Shown: piece by piece, positions 28,256 to 38,647 of the stretch
Layout: each line of letters begins with the position of its first letter
How positions within the stretch are numbered: position 1 is the first letter of the stretch
Assembly: GCA_041695085.1 (NCBI GenBank)
Contig: JBGFRO010000020.1
Coordinates: 130,732-194,731 of the forward strand
DNA length: 64,000 nt
Direction: 5' to 3'
Source of the DNA: Bacteroidota bacterium
GTDB taxonomy: Bacteria > Bacteroidota > Ignavibacteria > UBA10030
Program-made: the position numbers and the translations under genes
The notes under the pieces: generated by a model
Databases searched by the model: none
Told to the model about the DNA's origin: nothing
Seen by the model: the letters and a program-made list of their open reading frames with translations, nothing else

Positions 28256-30604
28256 TTACATTACGTACTTCAGTGAAAACCCTCCGTAGAAACTCCGCGC
28301 TGGCGCGGGATGATAGTACCGTCCGCCGAAAGCGTTAATAGCGAGGAACGAGACATATTTCGTACTCAGCGCGTTTTCGACTCCCGCAAAGGCGTCCAGC
28401 TCAAATGCGCTCAACACCCGCGTTCTCCAGCCGGCTTTTCCGCTGAGCAGGCGGTACGCCGAGATGTCCACATCGTTCGCGTTGGTGATGTACCGTTTAT
28501 CGTAATAGCTGAATGTCCAGTGCGTGTATGCGCCGAAGTTCGTCGTGGCATCGAGACCCACAACGAGCACGAGGGGAGAAATGCCGGGAATCTTCTTGCC
28601 CGAGAAATCTTGGGTTTGAGCAGGATTCGCATCGTTTCGCCTGATAAACGTGCCGAAGCGGAAGTTATGGTATGTGTAACTGACAAACGGCTTCACCAGT
28701 GAGACGGTCGCCTGCGGATCGTTGATCGCAAAGTACAAAATCGCCGCCTCGACGCCTTTCTGATTTGCGGAGCCGGAGTTTTCGTAGGTCAGTTTTCCAC
28801 CCGCAAGCGTTCTGCTGATGATGATGTTGTCGAGCAGAAATTGGAACGCCGAGAGATAGAAGTTCAGCCGGTTGTTTAATGCAGTTCCCCGCATGCCAAT
28901 CTCGTAATTCGTTCCCGTCTCAGGAGTCAGGTTGGCGTTGATCTGTCCGGTTACGGCTGTGCTGATTTCGCTGTTGGTCGGTGGCCCAAATCCCTGACTG
29001 ATGCTGGCGTGAAGGGCAAGTGTTGAACTCATCTTGTACACAAGGGCAACGCGCGGAACAAGTTTGGGCGAAAATGAGACCGAAGCGGATTGATCGGGAT
29101 CGCCGGGTGGGTTGAAGAGGTCGAGAACGTCGTAGTGGAGCTTATTGTAACTCATGCCGAGCGTCAGGAGCAGCTCCTGGGTCAGCTCAAGTTCCGCCTG
29201 GGCAAAGAGAATGTACTGGACGGTGGTAACATCCGTATCAACCATCATATTTCCCGGCTTGCCGTTCACATTGGCGTACTCCTTCTCTGTGGTAACGTCG
29301 CGTTGATACTCGCCGCCTGCGGTGATGCGGCTTTTAAAAGAGAACAGCTCAGGTTTCCACACAAAGCGCGTTCTTCCTCCGTAGCTGCTGTAAGTCGAGC
29401 GGAAGTATCCACTGTTGAATTGTGATGTGCCGTACGGATGGTCAACATCTGCAAATAAGCTGTACGCGGAGGTAATGTTGGAAACGGCTTCCGAGATGTC
29501 GTACTGGTGGGAGATTCCGACGCTTGTGGATTTTCGCGTAACGCGCGGATCGAGTGTCGGAACAGCAGGAAGCACTTGGCGTGGATTCGCATCGTACTCC
29601 GCCTTTGTGAGCGCGCCCGGAGACTGGAACTCGGCATCGGCGTGCAGCAAGAGCGCGGAGACAGTCCGATTTTCCGACGGGAAAAAGATCGCGTTCGCGC
29701 TGAGAAGCTTGCGATACGTACTGCTCTGCTTTTCCCTATACCCGCGGTAGTACTGATCCGCATACGACAGTGAGAGATTTGCGTCCTGCAGTCCGGAGTT
29801 GAGTGAGACACCACTTCGTCGCAGTCCAAAGGAGCCGGACTGTACCCCTAGTCCGACGCTTCGGTCGCCGTATGACGCACGGGCCGCGCTCAAGATCATC
29901 ACACCGCCCGTTCCTGCGCCGTAGATGCTTCCAGCAGGACCTTTAAGGACTTCAATATTGCCGATCACCGACGGCTCAAACAGATCGTAGTTGGTGTTTC
30001 CGCCCGCTCCCGTCATCGGAATGTCGTTCCAGTACGCCTTAATGCCGCGTACGCCAAAGGGGGAGCGCAGCAGACTGCCGCGGATGGAGAGCCGACTGCT
30101 TCCTCCCGGCATCTGCGATTCCATCCGAACGCCGGGAATGGTGTTCAAGGCGGGAAGGATTGAACTGTTGTCATATCGGCGGATCTGTTCGGCGGTCAGC
30201 ATACTGATTGAGCCTGCCGTCTCAATGAGTTTCCGGTTTGTTTCATAACCAACCACAGTAACTTCACTCAGCAAGACTTGTGTGGCTTCCAGAAGGATGT
30301 TTAAACGGCTTGTCTTCTCGTCAACCGGAACGGTCACTGTGCGATAGCCAACGTAGGAGATGCGGAGTTGTTCGATCCGTGTGCCGGTGCTGAGCGAGAA
30401 TTCCCCTTTCTCATCGGTCGTTGTTCCGATTGTGGTGTTCGGCACAACGACGTTCGCGCCGATGAGTGGCTGTTTCGTATAGTTGTCGATCACCCGACCG
30501 GTGATCGTGGTTTGCGCGAACGCGGCAACCTGAATGATTGCCGCAACAAATGATAGAAGAATGAGTCTCATAGTCATTCCTTTTTTAAGAGTGTTTGTTC
30601 TCAC
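28256..30604 (-). CDS. TonB-dependent outer-membrane receptor with N-terminal carboxypeptidase-regulatory-like domain
   Basis: Signal peptide, a CarbopepD_reg-like domain (ITGRVID..PLIGANVVVPNT..GEFS), a plug domain and a 22-strand barrel. Ends ..LKYVM, lacking the aromatic C-terminal residue typical of these receptors. Confidence 0.85.
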   Translation of the reverse strand: MRTNTLKKGMTMRLILLSFVAAIIQVAAFAQTTITGRVIDNYTKQPLIGANVVVPNTTIGTTTDEKGEFSLSTGTRIEQLRISYVGYRTVTVPVDEKTSRLNILLEATQVLLSEVTVVGYETNRKLIETAGSISMLTAEQIRRYDNSSILPALNTIPGVRMESQMPGGSSRLSIRGSLLRSPFGVRGIKAYWNDIPMTGAGGNTNYDLFEPSVIGNIEVLKGPAGSIYGAGTGGVMILSAARASYGDRSVGLGVQSGSFGLRRSGVSLNSGLQDANLSLSYADQYYRGYREKQSSTYRKLLSANAIFFPSENRTVSALLLHADAEFQSPGALTKAEYDANPRQVLPAVPTLDPRVTRKSTSVGISHQYDISEAVSNITSAYSLFADVDHPYGTSQFNSGYFRSTYSSYGGRTRFVWKPELFSFKSRITAGGEYQRDVTTEKEYANVNGKPGNMMVDTDVTTVQYILFAQAELELTQELLLTLGMSYNKLHYDVLDLFNPPGDPDQSASVSFSPKLVPRVALVYKMSSTLALHASISQGFGPPTNSEISTAVTGQINANLTPETGTNYEIGMRGTALNNRLNFYLSAFQFLLDNIIISRTLAGGKLTYENSGSANQKGVEAAILYFAINDPQATVSLVKPFVSYTYHNFRFGTFIRRNDANPAQTQDFSGKKIPGISPLVLVVGLDATTNFGAYTHWTFSYYDKRYITNANDVDISAYRLLSGKAGWRTRVLSAFELDAFAGVENALSTKYVSFLAINAFGGRYYHPAPARSFYGGFSLKYVM

Positions 30605-31098
30605 TATTGGTGATGCAAGTTGAACATCGCTTACCTGAGGAGCAGGCAGTTTCGATTTACGGGGGGACCGCGGTCAAAAAGTTGATCACATTCCGAGAGT
30701 TGACAAACGTTGTTATCGTTACGAACGGGAAAACACGATTCAGGTTGGGCAATCTCGTTATTATTCTGCAGCGGTTGGTCTAATGCACGGTGCATCAGTG
30801 CCGTGCAAAGGGGGCATTGGAAGCCTGAAGCGGTGGCGTTCTTGTCCGATGACTCGAACAACAGCGTAGCTCCTCCTTCTTTGTGCAGAGAGATTGGATG
30901 CCGGTGGAACACGGCGAGAAACGTCTGCTCCAACGACAGAAGGAGACTGAAAACACTAACGAGGTGGATAATCGTTGAGTGTGAAAACATCATCACAAAG
31001 ATGTTCGAACATCAAATCACAAGATAGGCGGCCGGACTCGACGAGTGGAATTTCCAGCGTGAGCCAGCTGCCTTTTCTCCTGAAGGAGGAGAAGTGCT

Positions 31099-31125
31099 GT
31101 AGGTCGGATTGTCAATCCGACCTAC
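31099..31125. repeat. second identical copy of GTAGGTCGGATTGTCAATCCGACCTAC palindrome (27 nt after MerC-like stop)
   Basis: Exact match to 28227-28253. Confidence 0.8.
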
Positions 31126-31151
31126 GGTATGATCGGGGAAGACATCCCGAT

Positions 31152-31604
31152 CTACTTACATCTCACACACTCCTTACACAAACGCCAGTTTTGAATGTGC
31201 GAGAGGGCAATCATCATTGCTCCGGCAGGGAGCAGAAGCCGTTCAGACTCCACAAGCAGAAATTTCGCGCCGACGATGATTACCGCTCCCGCAAAAAAAT
31301 ACCACAACGCACTCCATTTGCGGTGATGCAACCGAAAGCCGCGCGTGAGGGCGAACATCCCGATCGCCAGCGATAAGCCAATCATTACCCACTCGAAGGT
31401 TTCTTCCGCAAGGAATCCTCTTGCTAACCAGGGGGCCGCCGTCAGCAAAAGCGGCAACAAGCCGCAGTGCAGAACACACAGCGTGGATGCCGAGACGCCA
31501 AGCAGGTCATACACTCCGCCGATGCTGATGCGTCGGCCTGAAGTCCCTGCAGAGGCTTTTGGCTGGAACATTTCGAATTCCATCACCTTGTGACTCCTTT
31601 TCAT
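31152..31604 (-). CDS. MerC-like small membrane protein
   Basis: 150 aa with four predicted TM helices and a Cys-containing first helix (GVSASTLCVLHCGLLPLL). Start overlaps the upstream ABC ATPase stop (ATGA). Confidence 0.45.
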   Translation of the reverse strand: MKRSHKVMEFEMFQPKASAGTSGRRISIGGVYDLLGVSASTLCVLHCGLLPLLLTAAPWLARGFLAEETFEWVMIGLSLAIGMFALTRGFRLHHRKWSALWYFFAGAVIIVGAKFLLVESERLLLPAGAMMIALSHIQNWRLCKECVRCK

Positions 31605-32329
31605 TCGAGCATATGTCTGAGATAAATGTTTTCCAAATCCGCGTGACCTATGTCGGCTGTGTCGAGAACTTCCACTAACTTTCCGTGCCTCATAATGCCT
31701 ACGCGTGTGCCTGTCTCCTTTGCGCGGAAAAGATCGTGCGTGGCCATCAACACGGCAACGCCCTGATTGCTCAGGTGCTTGAGCAGCTTTGAGAATTCAT
31801 TGCTTGCTTTCGGATCGAGTCCCGATGTCGGCTCATCCAACAGTAATGCTTCGGCCTTCTTCGCAAGAGCAATGGCGATTCCGACCTTTTGCCGCATCCC
31901 CTTGGAGTATGTGGCGATGCGCTGATCGGCAACGGCGGGGTCGAGTCCGACTTGCTCGAAGAACTTCAGATAATCTGTTCGCGTGTAATGATCGTGACCG
32001 GCCAGTGCGGTGAAGTATTCGAGATTCTCCAAACCGCTGAGATTGCGATAGAGTATCACCTGCTCCGGGATATAGGCGACGTATTTCTTTGTCTCAAGCG
32101 GATATCGTGTAACGTCGAGATTCTTGATCTTCGCTGTACCGGCGGTCGGCGCGATGAAATTGAGAAACAGGTTGATCGTTGTTGTTTTGCCCGCGCCGTT
32201 GGCGCCAAGGAGACAGAAAATCTCTCCCGGCTGAATGCGCAGATTCAAATCGGACAATGCCGGTGTACCGTTGTACGACTTCGAGAGATTGACGGCTTCA
32301 AGCATACAGATTCTCCTTTCACATTTCAA
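31601..32329 (-). CDS. ABC transporter ATP-binding protein
   Basis: Walker A GANGAGKTT, signature SKGMRQK, and Walker B LLLDEPTSGLD. Confidence 0.85.
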   Translation of the reverse strand: MKCERRICMLEAVNLSKSYNGTPALSDLNLRIQPGEIFCLLGANGAGKTTTINLFLNFIAPTAGTAKIKNLDVTRYPLETKKYVAYIPEQVILYRNLSGLENLEYFTALAGHDHYTRTDYLKFFEQVGLDPAVADQRIATYSKGMRQKVGIAIALAKKAEALLLDEPTSGLDPKASNEFSKLLKHLSNQGVAVLMATHDLFRAKETGTRVGIMRHGKLVEVLDTADIGHADLENIYLRHMLE

Positions 32330-34580
32330 ACGTGTAGAGATACTTCAACAATATCGCCCGCGCATTGGTCAATGGCAGCCGCGGCGAGCTGGGCATAAGT
32401 CTGTCTCTGTCTGTATTGATGCCTTCATTATACACCAACCACAGATCGTGTCCCTCGTTGAAGTTGTACCGCAGGCGGACATTGCTGATAACGATGGATG
32501 CGGCGCTGTTGTACTGCAGAAAGAGAGCAGCAGAGGCTCTCGTGTTGAGCGCTGTCTGAATGCGCAACTGAAGCAGGTGCGAATCGTATCGCTGTTGCCG
32601 CCTCTCGAAGCGAATCACGTTCAGCTCGTACTGCGGACGCAGCTCCAAATGACGGGAGAGATTCCAAATTGCGCTGAGCTTCAGTGTAGTTTTCTTCCCG
32701 TCGTAGAATGTCCCGTAGAAGAGATCGAGACTCGGCCTGAAGAACCACCGATCCGGCGGTGTTGCGGCAAGCCACACATCGTGGTACCAATAGCTTCCCG
32801 CCGGAACCGAAGCGCTGCTCGATAGCGAAAAGGCCTGCGGCACGTTTTCGTAGTAATGATCCGTGGAGATGAGCACTGTTGCCGCGTTTTGCCACTCAAG
32901 CTGCACAAAGGGATGAAGCCAAACATAATCGGCACGGTGATCGGGATTCCGCACATAGGCGAATCCCCAATGGCCAATCCATATTCGCCGCAACGTCTCG
33001 TGATCTTTGAGAAACCATTGGTAGTCGAGATTATTCCGGACAAACGAAAAATCACGCCGTGGGTCGAATCCAAGGCCCGGCTCAAACTCGGCGTCCGACC
33101 AGGTGATTTTGGTGAGGTAGCTGAACCCTTCGAACACGCGACGCTGCCATTCGAGGGCAATTCGTCCGGCAGTGAATGGTTTCTGGAACGATGGCTTCAG
33201 GCGCGCCCGGTCCACTGTTTGAGCCCAGGTAAATGTGACAAACTCGTCTCCAACGATATTGAGAATGCCATCGAGCGCGTAGGCGTAGTTCCATCCGCCG
33301 TCAGCGTTGATGCGCGAGGTCATCATCCCACCGACATACGATTGCGCGTTGATCACCTGCCTGCGTACCCGGAGGACGCCGAAGTTTTCCGGTGAAAGCC
33401 CTTTCTCGCGTGCGGTTTGCATCGTCAGCGCTCCAAGGTCCCAGTTTCCCAGTCGCCCGATCACGCGCGCGCCGCCAAGGACGCGAATCGGCTCGCCGCG
33501 ATCGTTTAAACCGATCCGCCGACTGTGAAAGAGCATGCTGCGGGCCGTTCCCATATTCAGATTGAAAATCCCCGCCCGTTCCAGAAAGAACTGCCGCTTC
33601 TCCGGAAAGAAGAGCGGAAAGCGCGTGAGATTGATCTGCTGATCATCCGCTTCAGCCTGAGCAAAATCGGTGTTCAGTGTCAGGTCGAGCGTCAGGTTGC
33701 TAACAATCGGATACTTCAGATCGATGCCGATCTCGCGACTCAGCGAGCTGATATGGCGATATGTCGTTCGGGTTGGATCAAGTTCGGCGCGTCTATCGAA
33801 TCCACCGACCGCGTATGGAGTAACATAGATCGGCGTTTTCTGCTGAATGCCCCGGAAGACAACAGGGTAGCCGCGGGACGGTCGCTCGATGGAAGACGTC
33901 GGCGGGACGTCGGGGAAGGTCTGCCGTTCGTTGGATACGGCAATCCAGCGATAGACCGTCATTCCCATCGTTACCTCTCCGTTTATCGAACGGAACCGGA
34001 GACTCGAAAACGGAATGCGCATCTCGACAAACCATCCCGAATCGGTCACCGTTGTGGCAACATCCCAAAACGTGTTCCAGCTATTGTCGCGTGAGGCGCT
34101 GCCCCCTTCTCCGTCGTTCGAGATCGTCTGATCAATGCGGATTCCACCGGGCGTCGTAATAAAGCGGACGGCATTCTCCCTGTCATAAAACGTATCTAAC
34201 ATAAATCCGAACGTATCATCGCCGCTCCAGCGGTCACGGTACAGCGAGTTCAAACGGATGGTCGAAGGATCGCGTGTGTAGCATCTGCCTGAGACATAAA
34301 CGAAATTGTCGTCGTAGGCAACGCGGATCTCCGTACGCTCGCTCGCCTCAGCACGATACACCGGCTGCGTAACCGTGAGCGGCAGGGGAGGTATGGTTTG
34401 CCACGCCGGTTCGTCGGGAAGACCGTCGAGCACGATTGGAGCGGACACACGCAAAAGAACGAGCGGGTCTTGGGCGGGCACAGCGATGTCGGTCGCCAGC
34501 AGGATGGATAGCAGACCCAGTGGCTGGAGTAAAGGGTACTTTATTATCCACCGACGAGCTGAATCAGTTTGACAGCTCAT
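32319..34580 (-). CDS. DUF5916/CBM9-like domain outer-membrane protein, paralog 2
   Basis: Probable start ATG at 34580 ([29 protein letters not shown].. signal), overlapping the WD40 stop as ATGA. The longer ORF to 34715 would overlap WD40 by 139 nt. Contains the FFPEKRQFFLERAGIF block. Confidence 0.7.
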   Translation of the reverse strand: MSCQTDSARRWIIKYPLLQPLGLLSILLATDIAVPAQDPLVLLRVSAPIVLDGLPDEPAWQTIPPLPLTVTQPVYRAEASERTEIRVAYDDNFVYVSGRCYTRDPSTIRLNSLYRDRWSGDDTFGFMLDTFYDRENAVRFITTPGGIRIDQTISNDGEGGSASRDNSWNTFWDVATTVTDSGWFVEMRIPFSSLRFRSINGEVTMGMTVYRWIAVSNERQTFPDVPPTSSIERPSRGYPVVFRGIQQKTPIYVTPYAVGGFDRRAELDPTRTTYRHISSLSREIGIDLKYPIVSNLTLDLTLNTDFAQAEADDQQINLTRFPLFFPEKRQFFLERAGIFNLNMGTARSMLFHSRRIGLNDRGEPIRVLGGARVIGRLGNWDLGALTMQTAREKGLSPENFGVLRVRRQVINAQSYVGGMMTSRINADGGWNYAYALDGILNIVGDEFVTFTWAQTVDRARLKPSFQKPFTAGRIALEWQRRVFEGFSYLTKITWSDAEFEPGLGFDPRRDFSFVRNNLDYQWFLKDHETLRRIWIGHWGFAYVRNPDHRADYVWLHPFVQLEWQNAATVLISTDHYYENVPQAFSLSSSASVPAGSYWYHDVWLAATPPDRWFFRPSLDLFYGTFYDGKKTTLKLSAIWNLSRHLELRPQYELNVIRFERRQQRYDSHLLQLRIQTALNTRASAALFLQYNSAASIVISNVRLRYNFNEGHDLWLVYNEGINTDRDRLMPSSPRLPLTNARAILLKYLYTFEM

Positions 34581-35599
34581 CGCACGTACACCTCCACGTG
34601 TCCTGATTCTGTCCCGGTTGCCAGTAGGCGATCGTCCGGCGACCACGCAAGCAGGCTCACCCCGCTGTCGGCGCGCGCGTAAGCTATTGGTTGTTGATTC
34701 TTCTCTGGACGCCACAGCAACACGAGACCATCTTGATCCGCGGAAGCAAGATGTGCGCCGTGGTGTTGGTAGGCCAGCGCGCTGATAAAATTCTCATGCC
34801 CCCTCAGAGAGATCGGTCTCGTTCCCGCCGGGCCTTTGCCCGAGCAGTCCCAGATTATAACTTCGGGGCTGCCGCCGGTGGCGAGGTAGCGGCCGGAACA
34901 ATCCCATGCCAGCTCGCGCACTTTGGTGGGATAGCCCCACATCTGCAAATCCTGCCTCGTGGCGATGATCCAAAAATGCACCGTGGAATCCTGATCGCCG
35001 GTCGCGAGAAATCTTCCATCCGGACTCCACGCTAACACCAGACTCGAACCTTTCCATTCAAGACGTTCAGCGCGCCCCGGTTGATGCGGGAGGCACAACG
35101 TGACGCCGTTGTACGCGCACGCAGCGAGCACCTTGTCTTGGGGATGCCATGCGATATCCGCTATCGTGCTGGGATGATCGCCAAACGAGCTGAGCAGTTG
35201 GCCAGTCCGATCCCAAAACCGAACTTCTTTGCCCGCAGCGGAAGCAAGCACCTCGCCCGCCGGGCTCCACGCGACGTGTTCAACCCATGCCGCGCCGCCT
35301 TCACACGCCAGCAACTCCTCACCGCGTAGCGTGTCCCACCAGCGCACTTTGCCGTCTTGGCCTGCACTCGTGAGTACGGTGCCGTCAGCATTCCATGACA
35401 ACGAACTGGTGCCGAATCTGTGGCCGGCGAAGTGGTGCACGATACGGCCGGTCTCACGCTCGAAGATTGTGATTGGACCGCTCACCGCAGCGGCAGCGAG
35501 AGAGCGGCCGTCGCGTGACCATATAAGATCGATGACGTGGTCTTCGATTTCTCTGTGCCAGCTTGCCGTGAGCGGCTTCACGTTTTTTATGCGAGGCAT
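34577..35599 (-). CDS. WD40-repeat beta-propeller protein
   Basis: 340 aa with repeated ..H...[15 protein letters not shown] motifs. Start overlaps the COG0523 gene by 13 nt. Confidence 0.75.
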   Translation of the reverse strand: MPRIKNVKPLTASWHREIEDHVIDLIWSRDGRSLAAAAVSGPITIFERETGRIVHHFAGHRFGTSSLSWNADGTVLTSAGQDGKVRWWDTLRGEELLACEGGAAWVEHVAWSPAGEVLASAAGKEVRFWDRTGQLLSSFGDHPSTIADIAWHPQDKVLAACAYNGVTLCLPHQPGRAERLEWKGSSLVLAWSPDGRFLATGDQDSTVHFWIIATRQDLQMWGYPTKVRELAWDCSGRYLATGGSPEVIIWDCSGKGPAGTRPISLRGHENFISALAYQHHGAHLASADQDGLVLLWRPEKNQQPIAYARADSGVSLLAWSPDDRLLATGTESGHVEVYVR

Positions 35600-36936
35600 G
35601 ACCGGAACCCCTCGTTCAGCTTGGCGCGATCCAATTTGCGACCGATAAAGATCAGCGAATTTCGGCGCTCCTCATTGCCCCATGGCCGATCGGGGCGGCC
35701 GTCGAACAACATGTGCACGCCTTGAAACACGAAACGCTCTTCTTGATTCTTAATGCTGAGCACGCCTTTCATGCGAAAGATATCCGTGCCCTTCGTGGTC
35801 AATAACTCTCGCAGCCATTCGTTGAGCTTTTTCTCGTCTAAATCGCCGGGTGTGGTGATGCCGACGGAACTCACTTCCTCGTCGTGCTCGTGATCGGGCT
35901 TGTACTCGCGCGTCAGCAGCGGAGCGAGCGGGCCGTGCACGCTCTGCAATTTCGCGGAAAATTCGTCGGGATGATGTTGCGTGAACAGCGCGTAGTTGCC
36001 GGGTTCGTCGATGTGAATGTTGAAACGGGTCTCACCCTCGGCAAGCCTCAGCTCACGTAATTTCTTTTCCGGCCGCAAAACATCATTCGCCGCCGTGGCG
36101 TGTTCCTTCTCGGAAAACAGCAAGACGGCCTCCATCTGCAATGCTTCTAATTCTGTGGCCGAAGCTTCCGGCAACGGCAGCAGGGCCACGTTCATTGTAG
36201 GATCGGGGCCGGGATGCATGATCCATTCATACTCGCCGCGCTGGAGCAGGTACACCCCCGCCCATTCAAACGGATATTCCGGCTCCATGAATTTCGGATC
36301 GACTTCGAGAGCGCGCGCGACGTTGAACCCGCCTACGTTGAGGATTTTGTCCATCTCGATTCGCGCGTCGCGCGTGCGATAAATCTTCGTCGCGGCGTTC
36401 ATGCCGCGGATGCGCGCTTCGAGCTTGTCTAACTCCTCAGGAGTGACGAGATCAATCTTGTTCAACAAAATCACGTCGGCAAACGCGATCTGCTCCTTTG
36501 CTTCGTTGCTGTCATCGAGGTGCTGCCAAATGTGTTTTGCATCAACCACCGTTACGATGGCATCGAGCGCCAGCTTGCTTCGCATTTCATCATCGACGAA
36601 AAACGTTTGCGCCACCGGGCCGGGATCGGCAAGACCCGTGGTTTCGATTAAGATGTAATCGAATTTGTCCTTGCGCTTCATCAAGTTGCCAAGGATGCGA
36701 ATGAGATCGCCGCGCACGGTGCAGCAGATGCAGCCGTTATTCATCTCGAAAATCTCCTCTTCTGCGCCGATGACCAAATCCTGATCGACGCCAACTTCGC
36801 CAAACTCGTTTTCGATCACGGCGATGCGCTTGCCATGGTTCTCGGTGAGAATGCGATTGAGCAGTGTGGTTTTGCCTGCGCCGAGAAAGCCAGTGAGCAC
36901 CGTCACCGGGACGCGGCCTGAATTATGTGTGGTCAT
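35587..36936 (-). CDS. COG0523-family G3E GTPase (CobW/ZigA-like zinc metallochaperone)
   Basis: Walker [19 protein letters not shown] metal-binding CxCC motif, and a His/acidic-rich linker (..PDHEHDEE..). Confidence 0.85.
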   Translation of the reverse strand: MTTHNSGRVPVTVLTGFLGAGKTTLLNRILTENHGKRIAVIENEFGEVGVDQDLVIGAEEEIFEMNNGCICCTVRGDLIRILGNLMKRKDKFDYILIETTGLADPGPVAQTFFVDDEMRSKLALDAIVTVVDAKHIWQHLDDSNEAKEQIAFADVILLNKIDLVTPEELDKLEARIRGMNAATKIYRTRDARIEMDKILNVGGFNVARALEVDPKFMEPEYPFEWAGVYLLQRGEYEWIMHPGPDPTMNVALLPLPEASATELEALQMEAVLLFSEKEHATAANDVLRPEKKLRELRLAEGETRFNIHIDEPGNYALFTQHHPDEFSAKLQSVHGPLAPLLTREYKPDHEHDEEVSSVGITTPGDLDEKKLNEWLRELLTTKGTDIFRMKGVLSIKNQEERFVFQGVHMLFDGRPDRPWGNEERRNSLIFIGRKLDRAKLNEGFRSCLA

Positions 36937-36944
36937 GAGTATCT

Positions 36945-37075
36945 CCTCCTATGTTTGTGAATAATTGTACCTGTCCGCTCACGCAACCGCGCGCATAATG
37001 TCCTCGCGATGCACGTCATCGAGTGGTTTCTGAATTTTGAACTGCCGGGTCTTACCTGGCCCGGCAAAGACCGCA
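36945..37075. repeat. ~130-bp direct repeat, copy 1 (remnant 3' end of small ORF plus RBS, upstream of the COG0523 start)
   Basis: About 88% identical to 37563-37690. Minus-strand translation ..GPGKTRQFKIQKPLDDVHREDIMRAVA* parallels the C-terminus of ORF 37593..37853, followed by a conserved ggagat RBS region. Confidence 0.65.
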
Positions 37076-37143
37076 GCATATCAAGCATGGACTATCGGCA
37101 AGTGATCATCGCGATCGCAATCCCGACAGCGATTTCGGCGCCC

Positions 37144-37596
37144 CTACAACGTGATGACCTGATCCGGCGGGTTTCCCGCCAGGGCGGCGTAGAGGTCTGG
37201 GAAGCAGCCGACCGACACACCCTCCACAGTGCCCTTGGGCTGGCAATCCGCGGGCGCCTTCAGGCCAAGACCCATGGTCGGATCGCACCATCTGGGTGCC
37301 CCCTGGGCCAGTCCTCGTTCCAGCACGCACATGTCGCACATCATCAGCAGAATGCCCTTGTCCCGGGCAACGCTGGCCAGCCGCTCGCCGAGCGGGTCGC
37401 CGCGCCTCAACATGAACACGTTGTCGTCGAAGAAGAACATGCCCACCACATCGACGCCGTGCGTGCCCGCTTCGAGTTGCGGCAAGATCATCTGGCCGAC
37501 TTTGTAGCTGGCTGACCTCGGCGTCGCTAACACATAAGCTACTTTCATGGAAGTATCTCCTCGTGTGTTTGTGAACAATTGTACCTGTCCGCTCAC
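37144..37596 (-). CDS. DsrE/DsrF-like family protein
   Basis: 150 aa; the N-terminal half fits the DsrE fold pattern (MKVAYVLATP..HGVDVVGMFFFDDNVFML.). The overlapping plus-strand ORF 37009..37515 has no recognisable features. Confidence 0.5.
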   Translation of the reverse strand: MSGQVQLFTNTRGDTSMKVAYVLATPRSASYKVGQMILPQLEAGTHGVDVVGMFFFDDNVFMLRRGDPLGERLASVARDKGILLMMCDMCVLERGLAQGAPRWCDPTMGLGLKAPADCQPKGTVEGVSVGCFPDLYAALAGNPPDQVITL

Positions 37597-37690
37597 GCGA
37601 CCGCGCGCATAATGTCTTCACGACGCACGTCCTCGAGCGGTTTGTGAATTTTAAGCTGCCGGTTCTTACCAGGCCCGGTAAAGACCGCAA
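37563..37690. repeat. ~130-bp direct repeat, copy 2 (3' end of ORF 37593..37853 plus intergenic/RBS region)
   Basis: See copy 1. Confidence 0.65.
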
Positions 37691-37853
37691 TGACGGTCTC
37701 CAATGGCGGACAGCCTGGTTCGCTGCATTGCAACTGCGTTACCATAATCGTCGCCTCCTCGGGAAGCGACAGACATTCCGACACCATTCGTTTCAACTCC
37801 AACACTTTGGTGTTGTCATCATAACGCCGGGTTACCATCGGGTTTATGTTCAT
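37593..37853 (-). CDS. hypothetical 86-aa protein (Cys-containing), first gene of the small-ORF/DsrE-like pair
   Basis: ORF with a CSEPGCPP motif. Its conserved C-terminal 27 codons are duplicated as a remnant upstream of the COG0523 gene. Confidence 0.4.
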   Translation of the reverse strand: MNINPMVTRRYDDNTKVLELKRMVSECLSLPEEATIMVTQLQCSEPGCPPLETVIAVFTGPGKNRQLKIHKPLEDVRREDIMRAVA

Positions 37854-37869
37854 GTGATCCTCCGGTTTT

Positions 37870-38631
37870 TCATTGTAACATACCTTCTAGGACGCCGACG
37901 AGCAGCATCAGCCCCGCGCCTAAGCCGATGACCACACCTTGTCCATATTGAGCGCTCAGCGCGGATTTATTGTGCAGCGTCGGAATCAAGTCCGAAGCTG
38001 CGATGTAAATAAAACTGCCGGCGGCAATCGGCAGCAGATAGATCATCGGCGCTTGGAGCCACGTGCCGAAGAGCAGCGTGGCCGTAACACCGAACACGCA
38101 CGTGAGTGAGCAGAGAAAATTCAGCCATACCGCACGCCGCGGGGAATAGCCGCCATAGACCAGCACGCCCAGGTCGCCAATCTCCTGCGGAATCTCGTGC
38201 GCAATGATCGCCGCGGTCGTGGTCCAACCCAACGTCGGGCTGACCAGAAAGCCGCCCGCGATCAACGTTCCGTCGATAAAGTTGTGCGCCGCGTCGCCGA
38301 TGAGATTCATCGGCGCCATGGGCAACACCTTGCCACCCGGCGGAGGCGCTTCATGATAATGCTGCCAGCGCACCACTTTTTCGAGAAAGAAAAATAGCAG
38401 GATGCCCACGATGACGAACAACGACACCGTGCGGATTGAGCCGGTCTCCTGCACGGCGTGGGGAATTAAATGAATGAACGCTTCGCCAAGCAACATGCCG
38501 ACGGCCAGACCGACGAGAAACTGCAAGAGCTTTCGCAACGCCCGGGGCCGCAGGAGCAAACTGAAGGCGCCGACGAATGACACCACGCTGACTAGTGCGC
38601 CGGCTGCCAGCGCGGACAACCAAATGGACAT
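37870..38631 (-). CDS. zupT-like: ZIP-family metal (zinc) transporter
   Basis: 253 aa with 8 TM helices and a HEIPQEIGD motif. Confidence 0.85.
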   Translation of the reverse strand: MSIWLSALAAGALVSVVSFVGAFSLLLRPRALRKLLQFLVGLAVGMLLGEAFIHLIPHAVQETGSIRTVSLFVIVGILLFFFLEKVVRWQHYHEAPPPGGKVLPMAPMNLIGDAAHNFIDGTLIAGGFLVSPTLGWTTTAAIIAHEIPQEIGDLGVLVYGGYSPRRAVWLNFLCSLTCVFGVTATLLFGTWLQAPMIYLLPIAAGSFIYIAASDLIPTLHNKSALSAQYGQGVVIGLGAGLMLLVGVLEGMLQ

Positions 38632-38647
38632 GAGAAATTGTGCTCCG

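Noticed and set aside
32319-34715. Longer 798-aa version of DUF5916 paralog 2 starting at 34715
   Set aside because: It would overlap the WD40 gene by 139 nt. An internal ATG at 34580 gives a clean signal peptide and an ATGA overlap with the WD40 stop.
37009-37515. 168-aa plus-strand ORF overlapping the DsrE-like gene
   Set aside because: No recognisable features. The minus-strand ORF has a DsrE-like N-terminus, an RBS and translational coupling to the upstream small ORF.
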